Under the pieces are notes generated by a model that was given only the letters and a program-made list of their open reading frames with translations, was not told the DNA's origin and did no database searches. A stretch of DNA of 57,999 bases, filler included, from Moniliella sp. 'wahieum' (taxonomy: Eukaryota), in the NCBI GenBank assembly GCA_003971905.1. It is 3 parts of 3 records of this genome, joined end to end, with 100 filler letters (N's around TTAATTAATTAA, not from the genome) between each part and the next. Parts side by side here need not be neighbours in the genome. Positions count along the whole stretch, not along the records: positions 37,492 to 57,999 come from RSEE01000200.1; 2 more parts are not named here. One strand, 5' to 3'. Below, one piece after another: positions 48,054-57,999 of this stretch; position 1 is the stretch's first letter; every line of letters begins with the position of its first letter. The position numbers and the translations under genes are program-made.

Positions 48054-49253
48054 TTACTTGCGCCTCTTGTCCCGCACATGGCGCTGGAACGACCCCCCAG
48101 GTCGGCAACTTTACGCTTCCCACCTTGCCTGCGAGGCGCAGCCCCGCGGACCCGCGCAGCTGGTCGTACACATCAATGTTGGGCCGATCGTTCTTTTTGT
48201 TCTTCTTCCCTCGCTTGGTAGAGAGGGGACGAACGATCATGGTCATCGCCCAAAAGACCTGCCAGTTCCGATTCGAACCCAGCCCGTTGTCCCGACTTCC
48301 CCTCCCGCCACGCGCACCGCCCAAGGCCAAGTCGGCCTCGTCCCGCTCGCGCCGGCGCTGTTCGGTTTTGGACAAGGCGAGGCGGGTAAAGTTCTCCTCT
48401 TCGTACTCTTGCATTCGGGCAAGCTCACGAGCACGCTTCGAACCCCGATCCCACCTGCGCCTACTGTGTGCGGGCGGGAGACGCCAGTTCCGTTGCCCCT
48501 TCCTCCAGTGGCACACCCGACATGGACGCCGTCAGCTCCGACAACAGGACCCGGACTTGTGCGTCCGCATCGGTTCCTCGTCCGAGCCATCGTCTTTCGG
48601 ACCACGACGGCGACGCTTGGCGTCGGGATCGTACGCGACAGCAGCCAACTTGGGCGGACGATAGATTTCGGGTTCAGGGTCTTCCTGGCTGGCGGCACTC
48701 TTGTTGGTATCCTTCTTGGCGATCGGCGCGGTCGCTTGGAACGCAGAGGACATGCCAGGTCCATATGCGAGTAGGTCAGGCACGTTCGTATCCTCTGTCT
48801 TGGATCGGAATCGAGGGCTGCACGCAGCATGCGCTCAAGTTGGTACTTCATTCCCTTTTCCAGCGGACGCGTCTTCTCCAGGACGAGTCGGTCGCGAATG
48901 AGGGTGTCCAGGAGCGGCCGCTGTCACTAGCAGCCCCCGCGCCCTCCGACAGCAACCGCGAAGCAGAGAGAAGTACCAGGTTCTGCACATACTCCAACAG
49001 CACATCCACCTTCATCGACAGGAGTGATGGGCCATCGGCGTAGTCCAGCTCCCCTTTTTTTGTCTAGAGAGACGAGAAGGAAAGGGGGAGTCAGTGATTG
49101 TCCACACAACTTCAGGGGAGCGCGAGGGGAGGAGACGACGCACTTTTCGAAAAATTTGCGCAGGGTCGAGGTGATGCCCTGTGCATCGTTGAGTGTGTTG
49201 GCAAGGACTTTGGACAGCGCGTCGCGCGTCTCGGCGGGTAATGGGGACGCCAT
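48054..49253 (-). CDS. LCP5: U3 snoRNP/SSU processome protein Lcp5 (neuroguidin, Sas10/Utp3 family)
   Basis: DYADGPSLLSMKVDVLLEYVQNL; VLERTRPLEKGMKYQLERMLRAA; IYRPPKLAAVAYD; MQEYEEENFTRL. Confidence 0.88.
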
Positions 49254-49496
49254 GGCTGTGGTGGGAAGGGTGGGCGCACCCAAGCCGAAAAGCTAGGGGA
49301 GGCGAGCAGGACAAATTAATTGATGGGACTATTCCGCGCCTGCTCGGTGCAATGATGACGGAAGAGCCACTAGCGCCGTGCAGGGTCGCTCTCGATTCCG
49401 CCCGGCCACGCTGTTTCACTCTCCAAAAAGTTGAGCGCGCCGCCGCCAAGGCGGATGCAGTGCCCATCTGTCCCCCACACCACGCAACCACGAGCG
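49254..49496. promoter_or_regulatory. Putative bidirectional promoter between LCP5 and ESF1
   Basis: 243 bp between two divergent start codons; no motif confidently assigned. Confidence 0.6.
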
Positions 49497-51847
49497 ATGG
49501 CAGGCAAGAAAGGCGCTGGTGACGACCGCTTTGCCCGTGTCCACTCTGACCCGCGGTTCATCCGTCCGCAGCGGGAAGAGGGCCAGGTCAAGCTCGACGA
49601 ACGCTTTGCGCATCTCCTCAAACCGGGGCAGAAGGGCGGCCAGAAGGGCAAGAAGCAGGCTGGGCCCAAGGTCGACCGCTTTGGGCGGAAGGTCAAGGCA
49701 GGCTCCTCGGCTGAGACTGCCCATCTGCGCGCCGCATTTACCGCGTGGAGGACGATAAGGTTGCTTCTGGCTCGAGCGATGAGGAGAGCGATGAGGAGAG
49801 CGACGAGGAGAGTGACGATTCGGAGCCGGCCAGGCCCGACTACGCACGTGGTGAGGCGATGCTCGAATCTTCTTCGTCAGAGGAAGAGTCCTCGGACGAG
49901 TCCGGCGGAGTGAGAGTGATGATTCGGCCACGGGATCAGTGGTGCTGGGCACTCGCCAGGCCTTGCGGGATGCTAAGAAGCGTGCTGCCGGTGCTGCGTC
50001 GGATGAGGATTCCGAATCCGAGTCTGATGAAGAGGAAGGTCCTGTCCCGGCTGATGATGGCGAGGGGCTGGATGCCCGCGCCTACTCTGCTGGATAAGCA
50101 GGCTAAAAAGCAACTTTCACGCGAGAAGAAGCGCAAGGACGCTGTGCCAATGGGCGATCGCACTCGTCGGCTAGCGGTGGTCAACATGGACTGGGAAACC
50201 TTCGTGCGGTTGACTTGTATGCCGTCTTTGCCTCTGTCGTACAACCATTGGCCTCGGTGGCTTCCTTGACTTCGAAGGAGGAGATCAAGGGTAAGGGTAA
50301 AGGCGGTGCAGCACTTCGTCAGAACCGTGGCCAGTGTATCCGGGTTCGGATCTATCCTTCTGAGTTTGGCCGGCAACGGATGGCCAGGAGGACAGGTACG
50401 GCCCTCCTACGATATCTTCAAGGGTGACAAGACGGAAGCGAGTCGTTCCAAGGCTGGGAAGAGCCGAGCAGAGGACTCGGATGATGAGGCTGGTCCGGCC
50501 GGGTTCCAAGAAGATGAAGGTGCTGAGTTTGATGAAAACAAGTTGCGTAAATACCAACTGGAGCGGTTGCGCTATTATTATGCTATTGCCGAATTGATCG
50601 GAAGCTCGGCCTCCATGGTTTATGACACGATGATGGTACCGAGATGGAGGCGTCGGCCAACGTGTTTGATCTCCGCTTTGTTCCCGATGACATGGAGTTC
50701 CCTTCTTACCCCCAGGCCCGGCTGACGCTGCCGATGCCCAAGATAAGAGCGATGGGTACCGCGACAAGCTACCGAGGCCGACTTGATGACCAAGTACACT
50801 GGCGTTGACTTTAAGACGGACGTGCGTATTTTCACCTCATCTGTGTAGGCATGGGCACTAACTTGTCTTTTGTACAGGCACTGCGGCATTCCCGCGTCAC
50901 ACTCACTTGGGATCAAGATGACAGCCAGCGGACCAAGATCACTCGTCGGCGGGTTGGGGAGCAAGAGCTGGCCGAGGAAGACTACAAGGCGTATTTGGCC
51001 TCGGACACTGGCTCAGAGGGAGAAGAGGAGAAGGAGACCCAGGCAGATGCCGAGGAGGGGGCCAAGGACAAGAAGGCGAGCCGGATGCGCAACCTTCTCC
51101 TTTCAGGACTTGACATGAACAAGTCCAAAAAGGGACGCAAGGACCTCTCTGGCCACGGTGGGGACATGGATATGGAAATCACGTTTACTCCTGCTCTTAC
51201 CTCCAAGCTCTCCTCGGAACCTGTACGGTCACACGTCTGCTACGGACGCCACAGAGAAGGCGACCGATGGAGAGGAGAAGGAGGAGACCACACGAGAAAA
51301 GTATCTGCGCAAGCAAAAGGAGAAAGCGCGAGGCGCGGATGGCCAAGCTGGTCGAGGCTCGCACGGCCAAGGAGGCTCAAAAGCCGGAATCAGACGAGGA
51401 GTTGCCCGCCTCTTTGGCTGGCGAAGATGGTGGGGTGGGCTTGGGTCACTTCTCGATCCAAGATATTGTTCGTGCGGAGAAGGATAAGATGCGGGCAGGC
51501 AAATTGCGCGGCAAGGCCAAGAAGAAGGCGGCCGCCCGCGCTGAAGCTGCTGATCAAGCGGAGGGAAAAATTCAGCCGGATTTCCACGTCAATCCCGAAG
51601 ACGAGCGGTTTGGTGCACTCTACACAGACCACCAGTTCGCCCTCGACCCATCTCATTCTTCTTTCCGCAAAACCGAGGCGATGCAAACCCTCGTCGACAC
51701 GGCAGCCAAGAAACGTCGCCAAACCGAATCCGAGGACACTCCCCGCGAGTCAGGTGGGAAGGACGATTCGGCTGCGTTGGTGCAGCGTCTCAAACAAAGG
51801 GCTACCCCGGTCAGCGGCCAAGCAAAAGACAAAAGCAGAAGGCCTGA
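49497..51847 (+). CDS. ESF1: Pre-rRNA processing protein Esf1 (NUC153 domain)
   Basis: DDRFARVHSDPRF; DYARGE; TRRLAVVNMDW; VRIYPSEFG; KLRKYQLERLRYYYAIAE; FDLRFVP; ALRHSRVTLTWD; DMEITFTPAL; DERFGALYTDHQFALDPS; stop approximate. Confidence 0.93.
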
Positions 51848-52059
51848 TTGGGCTCCTGTCTGCGTGGGACGGGTCATGTATCGGAAGACAGCAATCATTT
51901 TCATCTTCCCATCATATATGCCCCCAAATGAAGGGATTTTCCACTGGACGCGATGAGTCTGACACGACTGGCTTTTTATAGTTCGCATCATGATGGGTGA
52001 TGCGTGTGCTAGTACTCCGTCCTTTTCATTGACAGAGCTTAAGGCTGGGACAGGGGGAA

Positions 52060-53430
52060 CGCTACGTCTAAACCTAACCGTTCACTGTCTTGCGGGGGTT
52101 ACTTGGGGGCGCCACCAGGGTCAAGGGACCAGGGGGATCGCCAGGATATCAGGACCCTCCGGCTCTCGCCATCCGGTCCCGTACCCTAGGAAGCGCGTGT
52201 GGACACGGAGGAACGTGGTTGACATCCGAGCGAGGAACCATTTCCACTGAGACTTAGTAGCCAACTCCTTCCAATGCGCGAACAACGTGCCCGCCGTCTT
52301 GGTGCCGTAGTATCCTCGCGTCGTCAAAACCAGGGGGAAAAAAACGGTTCTTGAGTGCGTCCCTGGTACTTGGCGTTCTTGTCGCATTCTGCTTGTTCAA
52401 GCATCCGAAGCAGCTCCTTCTCCCGGCGTTCCAAGGGGGTTGCGGTGCTCTCATGCACCACCCTCCGGAACGCGCTCTGCGCCTCCTGCGATCCCGTGTC
52501 GCGCAGCGTGTGGTCTACCTCCATTCCGGTTCCCCCAGTGCTCCGGGCCCCATCACGCGGTAATCGGTGCGCGGGCCTTCCGTCCGCGCCTCGTCCCATC
52601 CTCTTCCTCCACCATAGGTTCGTTGTGGACGTGGGTGTCGGGGATGGAGCGTAGGAGCTGGAGAATGGGCCCGCACTGCCTCATGCAACGCACCAAACTT
52701 GGCCTGGGTGCGGGTGCAGGACATTGATGTTCCAGCGAGGACATGACGCCGCACTTGCACATGCTGCGCGTGGTGCGGCACAGCGTGCAGAGCTGGAGAC
52801 CAACCTGGACCTGCTGGTCAGAGAGCTTGAGGTACGGGACGGATGGAATGGCGGAGAGCCAGTTGTGGCTCAGCGGGTTGCTGTGCTCAACCACATGGCG
52901 ACCATCGGCAGCGTCCAGCTTCTGAAGCAGCTCCTGTCGACTTTGCTCCCACATTTCGCGGCAGCGCTGGCGTTACTTCGTAAATGCGTTGGCCGTAGCC
53001 GTTTGCGGTCCCGCTGGGTCAACTTAAGTGGTAATAAGATAGTCGTGACCTCGTTGGCCGCGGCACGGGCGTGGGGCGCAATATACGAGTAAAGCGGGCT
53101 GCACATCCTCCAGCCGGAGGGGCAGGCTCATGAGCATGTCGAAGTGGTCGTCCTTGGCACTTGGGGATCCTCCTCGCCCCGGATCCGTCTGAACTCCGTA
53201 CAGATGAAGGCATCAATCTCGGCCAGCACGTCGTCTAGCTCTCCTTCCATCTGCATGGTGCGGAGCAGGTGGCGCAGCTTGGTCTGAGTGCTGAGCCGCC
53301 ATAGTAAGAGGCGTCCCTGGCGGGTGATGCCATCAAACTTAGGCATGTTCTCCCTCAGACTGGCCAGTTGGGCCCGGAGCCACGATCGACGATAGTCTAC
53401 CCCTCCCACACAAGTGCCCAGAACCTGCAG
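52060..53430 (-). mobile_element. 5'-truncated non-LTR retrotransposon with restriction-like endonuclease (CRE clade, Cnl1/MoTeR/SLACS-like)
   Basis: End of RT GLQVLGTCVGG; thumb LLLWRLSTQTKLRHLLRT; NWLSAIP..LSDQQVQVGL; CKC..LEH..C knuckle; LHEAV, NEP, RTDY, EVDHT, K..KY, FFPLVLTTRG endonuclease motifs; RT catalytic core absent. Confidence 0.82.
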
Positions 53431-53627
53431 ACCATCTATGAAAACGCGACAGAAATGAGTCTGTTGTCATCAATCATCCATCATCAATCATCTGGCATCT
53501 CGTGAGGGTACAGCCATGTATGGCGTTTCGCAAAACATGCGACGTAGGGTGTGGGGGGGTGAAGAGGAGGGGGGGGGGGGGGCTGACCCTGACCAGTGAC
53601 CTGCGTACGCTAGCGGTCAGGTCATCT

Positions 53628-55493
53628 TCACTTCGAAGATTTCGGTTCAGGAATGGGGGGCAGCGGGCCCACCGGCGGTGGCCCTGGGCGACTAGGGATC
53701 ACGCGTCTGGCCGAAATAAAGGATTGCTTGCTGCTTGTTTGGGAACGATGAATGGGAATGGGACGGTGGGCTGAGAGCAAGTGGAGACGCCCGACTTGGA
53801 GCAGGAGGAGTAGGACGAGCGGGATGCGGTCAGGCCCCGAGACGGAAGCCAAGCGATATAGGAGGAAACTTTTGCAGATCGAAATCAAGCAGGGAACTGG
53901 ACGAGTCATGGGATGCGATGCTCTGTGCCGTGCGGGACACGGGCAATACTCGGCGCCCGGCCATTCGCCGCACGGAAGGAGTAGCTTGTTCATTTCATGG
54001 GATTGCTGCTGAGGCAGGAGTTCAGGAGAAGACGCATCCGCTTCAGTCGCTTGTTCCCAAGGGGTGTCCTTCCGTTCTGGATCATGGGGCAAAGCGGTCT
54101 CCTTACTCGGTGGGGTCTTGTGGGGCCAAAGAACCTCACTGTGTTCGACCCCTTCGACGAAAGCGCCCATGGAAGAATTTCCATCATCGGGCGCGAATCC
54201 AAACATGTCCGTTACGGGAGAAGAGTGCCCATCACTCGACGCCCATGGTGTCGAGAGTTCAGAGTCTTCGAGGTCATGGGGAGGAAGAACGGTGTCAATG
54301 TCCAGATGGATGATGGAGTGGGGCGGGAAGGATGGTGCCGCCCCTTTTTCCATTGGTACCCGGGACTTGTGACACATTCCTTTGGGAATATGACTCACGG
54401 GCGTGCTCCTCCCTAGTGTGGGAGACGCAGAACCCAAATATGGTTCCTCCCGTTAGTTGAGGCTGGCAAGAGCGTTGTTGCTACTGAAGGTGTCGAAGCG
54501 AAGTGTGGGACATCTTTGGTAACCAGGAAGAGTAACATCCTTTGACAAAGCCAAAGGCGACAAAGGTGTAGGTCGTTGGTCACCCGGAAAGCTCAAGCTG
54601 CTGGCACGGAAGGAGAAATTGTTCCTGAACACAGGCGAAACTCTGCTAGGCCCCTGGGACAGACCAGCCCAACTCGTTGTGATATGAGTATCACTGGAGG
54701 AGGGGTTTGTGGTTAGCTCTGATCGCGCATGGGACAGAGATCGCCTGGTCCCAGCAATTGAGTTAGACAGAATTGAGGAGCCCAGGACGACGGTGTTTTA
54801 ATCTTGCCTCCATTTCTCCTGTGCTTTGATTCATTGGTCACCTCCATGACCTCATCCACAGACCGATGACGATTCAAGGGAAGGCCAGATTCTTGTGTCA
54901 GTGGCGACGACAGTGGAGGGCTGGTCAAATTTGTTCGGGAAGCAGGTGCGGAAGTCGGAGATGAAAATGTCGACGATGAAATGGCGGCAGGCGCTTTCCA
55001 CCATCGTCGGTAAGAACGGTGCTTGCCCCCTTTGGGCGTATCAGAAGCATCATCAAAGGAAGTATCCTCCAATGGAGAGTCGGGCAAGGTACGAGGAACA
55101 TCCCGACTTTTCGAGACATCCCAACCGGATCTCATGACCCATCCTACCTGGGAGTGGGAAGGAGGGTGGTTGTTTGGGAGTGTGTAGCATATGAGTCATT
55201 CGAAGGACTAAACGAGCCTGGTTCGCTCGAACAGCGAGGTCGGGGATGGTCACGGAGATGCAACCAAGTCGCTGCAAGTGCAACTGGAGGTGGCTTCCGC
55301 CGAGATGATGTACTGTTCGAACCGCCTGAAGTCTGTTGACCTGACTTTTTCGTCTCATTGAGGAGCCAGGTAATAAATTGTGGCTTCTTGAAGGGATTGA
55401 TCCCATTTGGACCCCCATCATCTTTCTTGCTTGGACGGAATGCGGCTGCATCATCATTTCTGGAACCACAGTGGACGAAAAGATGTTAGCCAT
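53628..55493 (-). CDS. Hypothetical Ser/Pro-rich protein
   Basis: Chain of frameshifted minus-strand ORFs (55053-55493, 54713-55135, 53628-54437) with consistent disordered composition; no domain recognised. Confidence 0.45.
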
Positions 55494-55919
55494 GAACTGA
55501 ATGCATATTGGGGCAGCTTACGTATCAACCCAAGAGATTTTGGGAGATAATGTATGTCTGTCGATGCCCGTGCACACCCTCAATGATACTTTTCAAGCAA
55601 CCCCTTCGTCAACAGGATGCCTCCGAGTGTGTGCAAAGGAGATCCAAGAGCCCTGCACAAGACTTTTATGGCGGACCACTGGAACGGGGAGAGGGCGTGA
55701 TGGTGGGTGGGAAGGATGGGGCAAGCAATTTTCCCCCTTCAGAGGGACAGACGGTAGTGCCCCCTTGACTGAGTCAGTTGACGATACAGACCCGATTGGC
55801 CAGCTATACACTACAGAGGAATGAAATTGACGGGGCCCATAACCCCTGTGTGGATGAGCGCGCAGCGATCATATCCACCCCCACCGACTGCGCGTCGGCC
55901 CAAGCTGCAGGTGTCGTCA

Positions 55920-57480
55920 CGAGTATCACATGTATGACCGTATTATGAGGCCTACGCGCCTACGGCCCTAAGGCCAATGGATGCAAAGATGGTGCACTTG
56001 TGATTCATGATGCCTGATGCCACCCTGGGACGCCTCACCGGTACTCATGACTCAGTTAACTCACAGGTCACGTGAGTGCCAGAGGCTTAGGCCGAACTAC
56101 GCGTGACAGCTTTTTTTGTTCGCAGGCACACACCCCTCCACTGCATCTCAGGCATTGCATGCTACACCCGGTACACTCAACAGAAACACTCTTGAAGCTT
56201 GATAAGCGATTGAATATTGAGGTCCAAAAGCACTCAGTACTCAGGACTCACAGGCTACATGCTATAGTGATAATACACGCTTGTTTGCATCCATAGATGC
56301 ATAGGGACAGCTTTTTGTGCGGCCGGGACAAAACCTCTCAGGCCTCTCAGGTGTACTAGATACTGGGACTGAGCCTGCTGAGCCCTGGGCCCGAATTCGA
56401 AGGTAGGGCAAAGTGATACCACGACTGATGTACTGAGTACTCGCTGAGTACTGACGGCCATTCTGCTAAAAACCGCCATCAGGGAGGTGTATAAGATCGA
56501 AGATGATCGATGTCGATGAAAGGCACAGTGTGACATGATAAACAACAGTAGGCAGCATACATCAGTGCATCAGGTACTCGGTACATCCAGCCCTTCACTT
56601 TAGCGTCACTAGTATAGTATTCACAAAAGTTCACTATGTCTGTAGTCGATCTCACATCCCTACAGTGCCGCTTGAAGTCACCCTAGTCACTTTTGCGTCA
56701 CCTCAGACACAGGCCTCAGGACCTGGCTATATAGCCACTGCAATATATTAATGCACTACAGGAACTGTCACATGTATAAGTCACACGTCACATGTCACAA
56801 TCCCGTCTTCCTGGGTCGCTTTTCCAACTAATGAGGTGGAGCGGAAGAAAGGACATCAGTGCATCAGCGCAATCTCAGCTTGTATATTGCGCATGTCACA
56901 TCACATGTCACACATGCCACATCCGAACCACTCTACTGGAAGCTTGAAGCTTGAAGGAGAGCGTCTCGAGGGTTTTAAGAGCACTTAGTACTTAGGCTCA
57001 ATCTTAGTGAGTTAGCGTTCAGAAAATGTCTGAACAAACAGAGGTTTGCACATATTTGCTACGCTTCAAATGGGGGGATGCACACAACGTCACATGTGCC
57101 ACGCATGCCCTACTCCTCTAGGAGGTAGCCACTATTACAATGAACGAAGTCCGTGTCGCATATTCCCGCTTAACGCCGTTTAGTAGCTACGTATAATCCA
57201 CGGCTGCTTACCAAGTTTTTCGTGATGGTCGGTCGCTTCGCCATTTCAAGCTGTGTGCCGTTTCAAGCTTGAACTTCAAGCTGCATGGATCTTTTATTGG
57301 TTTTCGATCGTCGAGATTATCGAGATCATCTTGCTTCTCATGGCCGTCCTTTGAGGGCCTGAGGCCTGAGGTTCAGGCCTGGGAGGAGGCCACAAAATGG
57401 CGCGGATTGAGGTGGCATGAAACTGCTTTAGGCCTGTGAACGGTCGCGTCAGTCGTCAGTGTATTCAGTGAACTCAGTTT
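55920..57480. repeat. Non-coding region dense in TCA/TGA-spaced palindromic heptamers
   Basis: tcagtactcaggactca; tgagtactga; tgatcgatgtcgatga; tcacacgtcacatgtca; gaagcttgaagcttgaag (56939-56956); tgagggcctgaggcctga (from 57352). Confidence 0.8.
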
Positions 57481-57999
57481 GCACGAGTACTACCCCGCAA
57501 ATGCCAACTGCTGTGACGTGGGGGTGATGTATGATAACTCTTTGACTAGACTGGCGCCAAGGCTCCGAGGCACTCGGCGGGTTCACGCCGTAACAGGCCC
57601 TACGCGCCCGCCTGCCTCTCTGCCTGCTCCTTCTCTACGTGCTGGTCCTGTGTCTCTCACCTCTCCACCTCTCCAGCATCGAGTGGGGCTAGTATAAGAT
57701 CGAGAAACTCGCAACACTCGTGCAGCCAAATAGTGCCGTGTTGGTCTCTCACTTTGACCCTGCTTGACCTGACGCGATCCACGGTCAGCTTCAAGGGTCG
57801 TCTAACACACAGGGAGCAGGAGACGAGGCATTCCAACTGAAACGCTTGTCCCAGGCGTCGGGAGGGGCTAAGGGAAAGGCGATAAAAAAAGGGTAAAAGG
57901 GTAGGGGTAAAAATGGTAAAAGAATTGGTCAAATGGGAGAAGGGTAAATTGGGGGAAGGGTAATGCGATCGATGACCAAAGGAATGATGAGCGATGAGT

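Noticed and set aside
1286..51847. Mass pseudogenisation or programmed frameshifting of SDH3, MER3, RTF1, LCP5, ESF1
   Set aside because: Single-base indels affect all genes, the rRNA and the satellite alike while motifs stay intact, which fits unpolished long-read error

Overview
Eukaryotic, almost certainly fungal DNA (GT-AG introns with CTRAC-type branch points, TTAGGG telomeres, fungal-type rDNA; basidiomycete-like gene set, exact taxon not determinable). The window is three contigs joined by artificial 100-nt linkers (N44-TTAATTAATTAA-N44), so adjacency across the linkers is not biological. Nearly every gene carries 1-nt indel frameshifts, most likely unpolished long-read error, so CDS coordinates are gene spans assembled across frames. 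Contig 1 (1-18800): SDH3, a tandem-RING E3 ligase, a HAD phosphatase, the meiotic helicase MER3, then ~140-bp subtelomeric repeats, one 40-bp unit and a TTAGGG telomere. Contig 2 (18901-37391): telomere repeat joined directly to mid-5.8S rRNA, a very short ITS2, 28S broken off near the R1 target site, a degenerate photolyase fragment, PAL1, RTF1 and a PH/Sec7-like gene. Contig 3 (37492-57999): ~97 copies of a 40-bp triple-mini-hairpin satellite with a sharp micro-inversion switch, the same 141-bp repeats, a secreted alpha/beta-hydrolase lacking its nucleophile, head-to-head LCP5/ESF1, and a 5'-truncated CRE-clade retrotransposon. The most unusual signals are (i) a window-wide intergenic 7-bp grammar, (TCA + any 4-bp palindrome)n, and (ii) a shared modular chromosome-end architecture: unique DNA / 141-bp repeat / 40-bp unit x1 or x97 / telomere.
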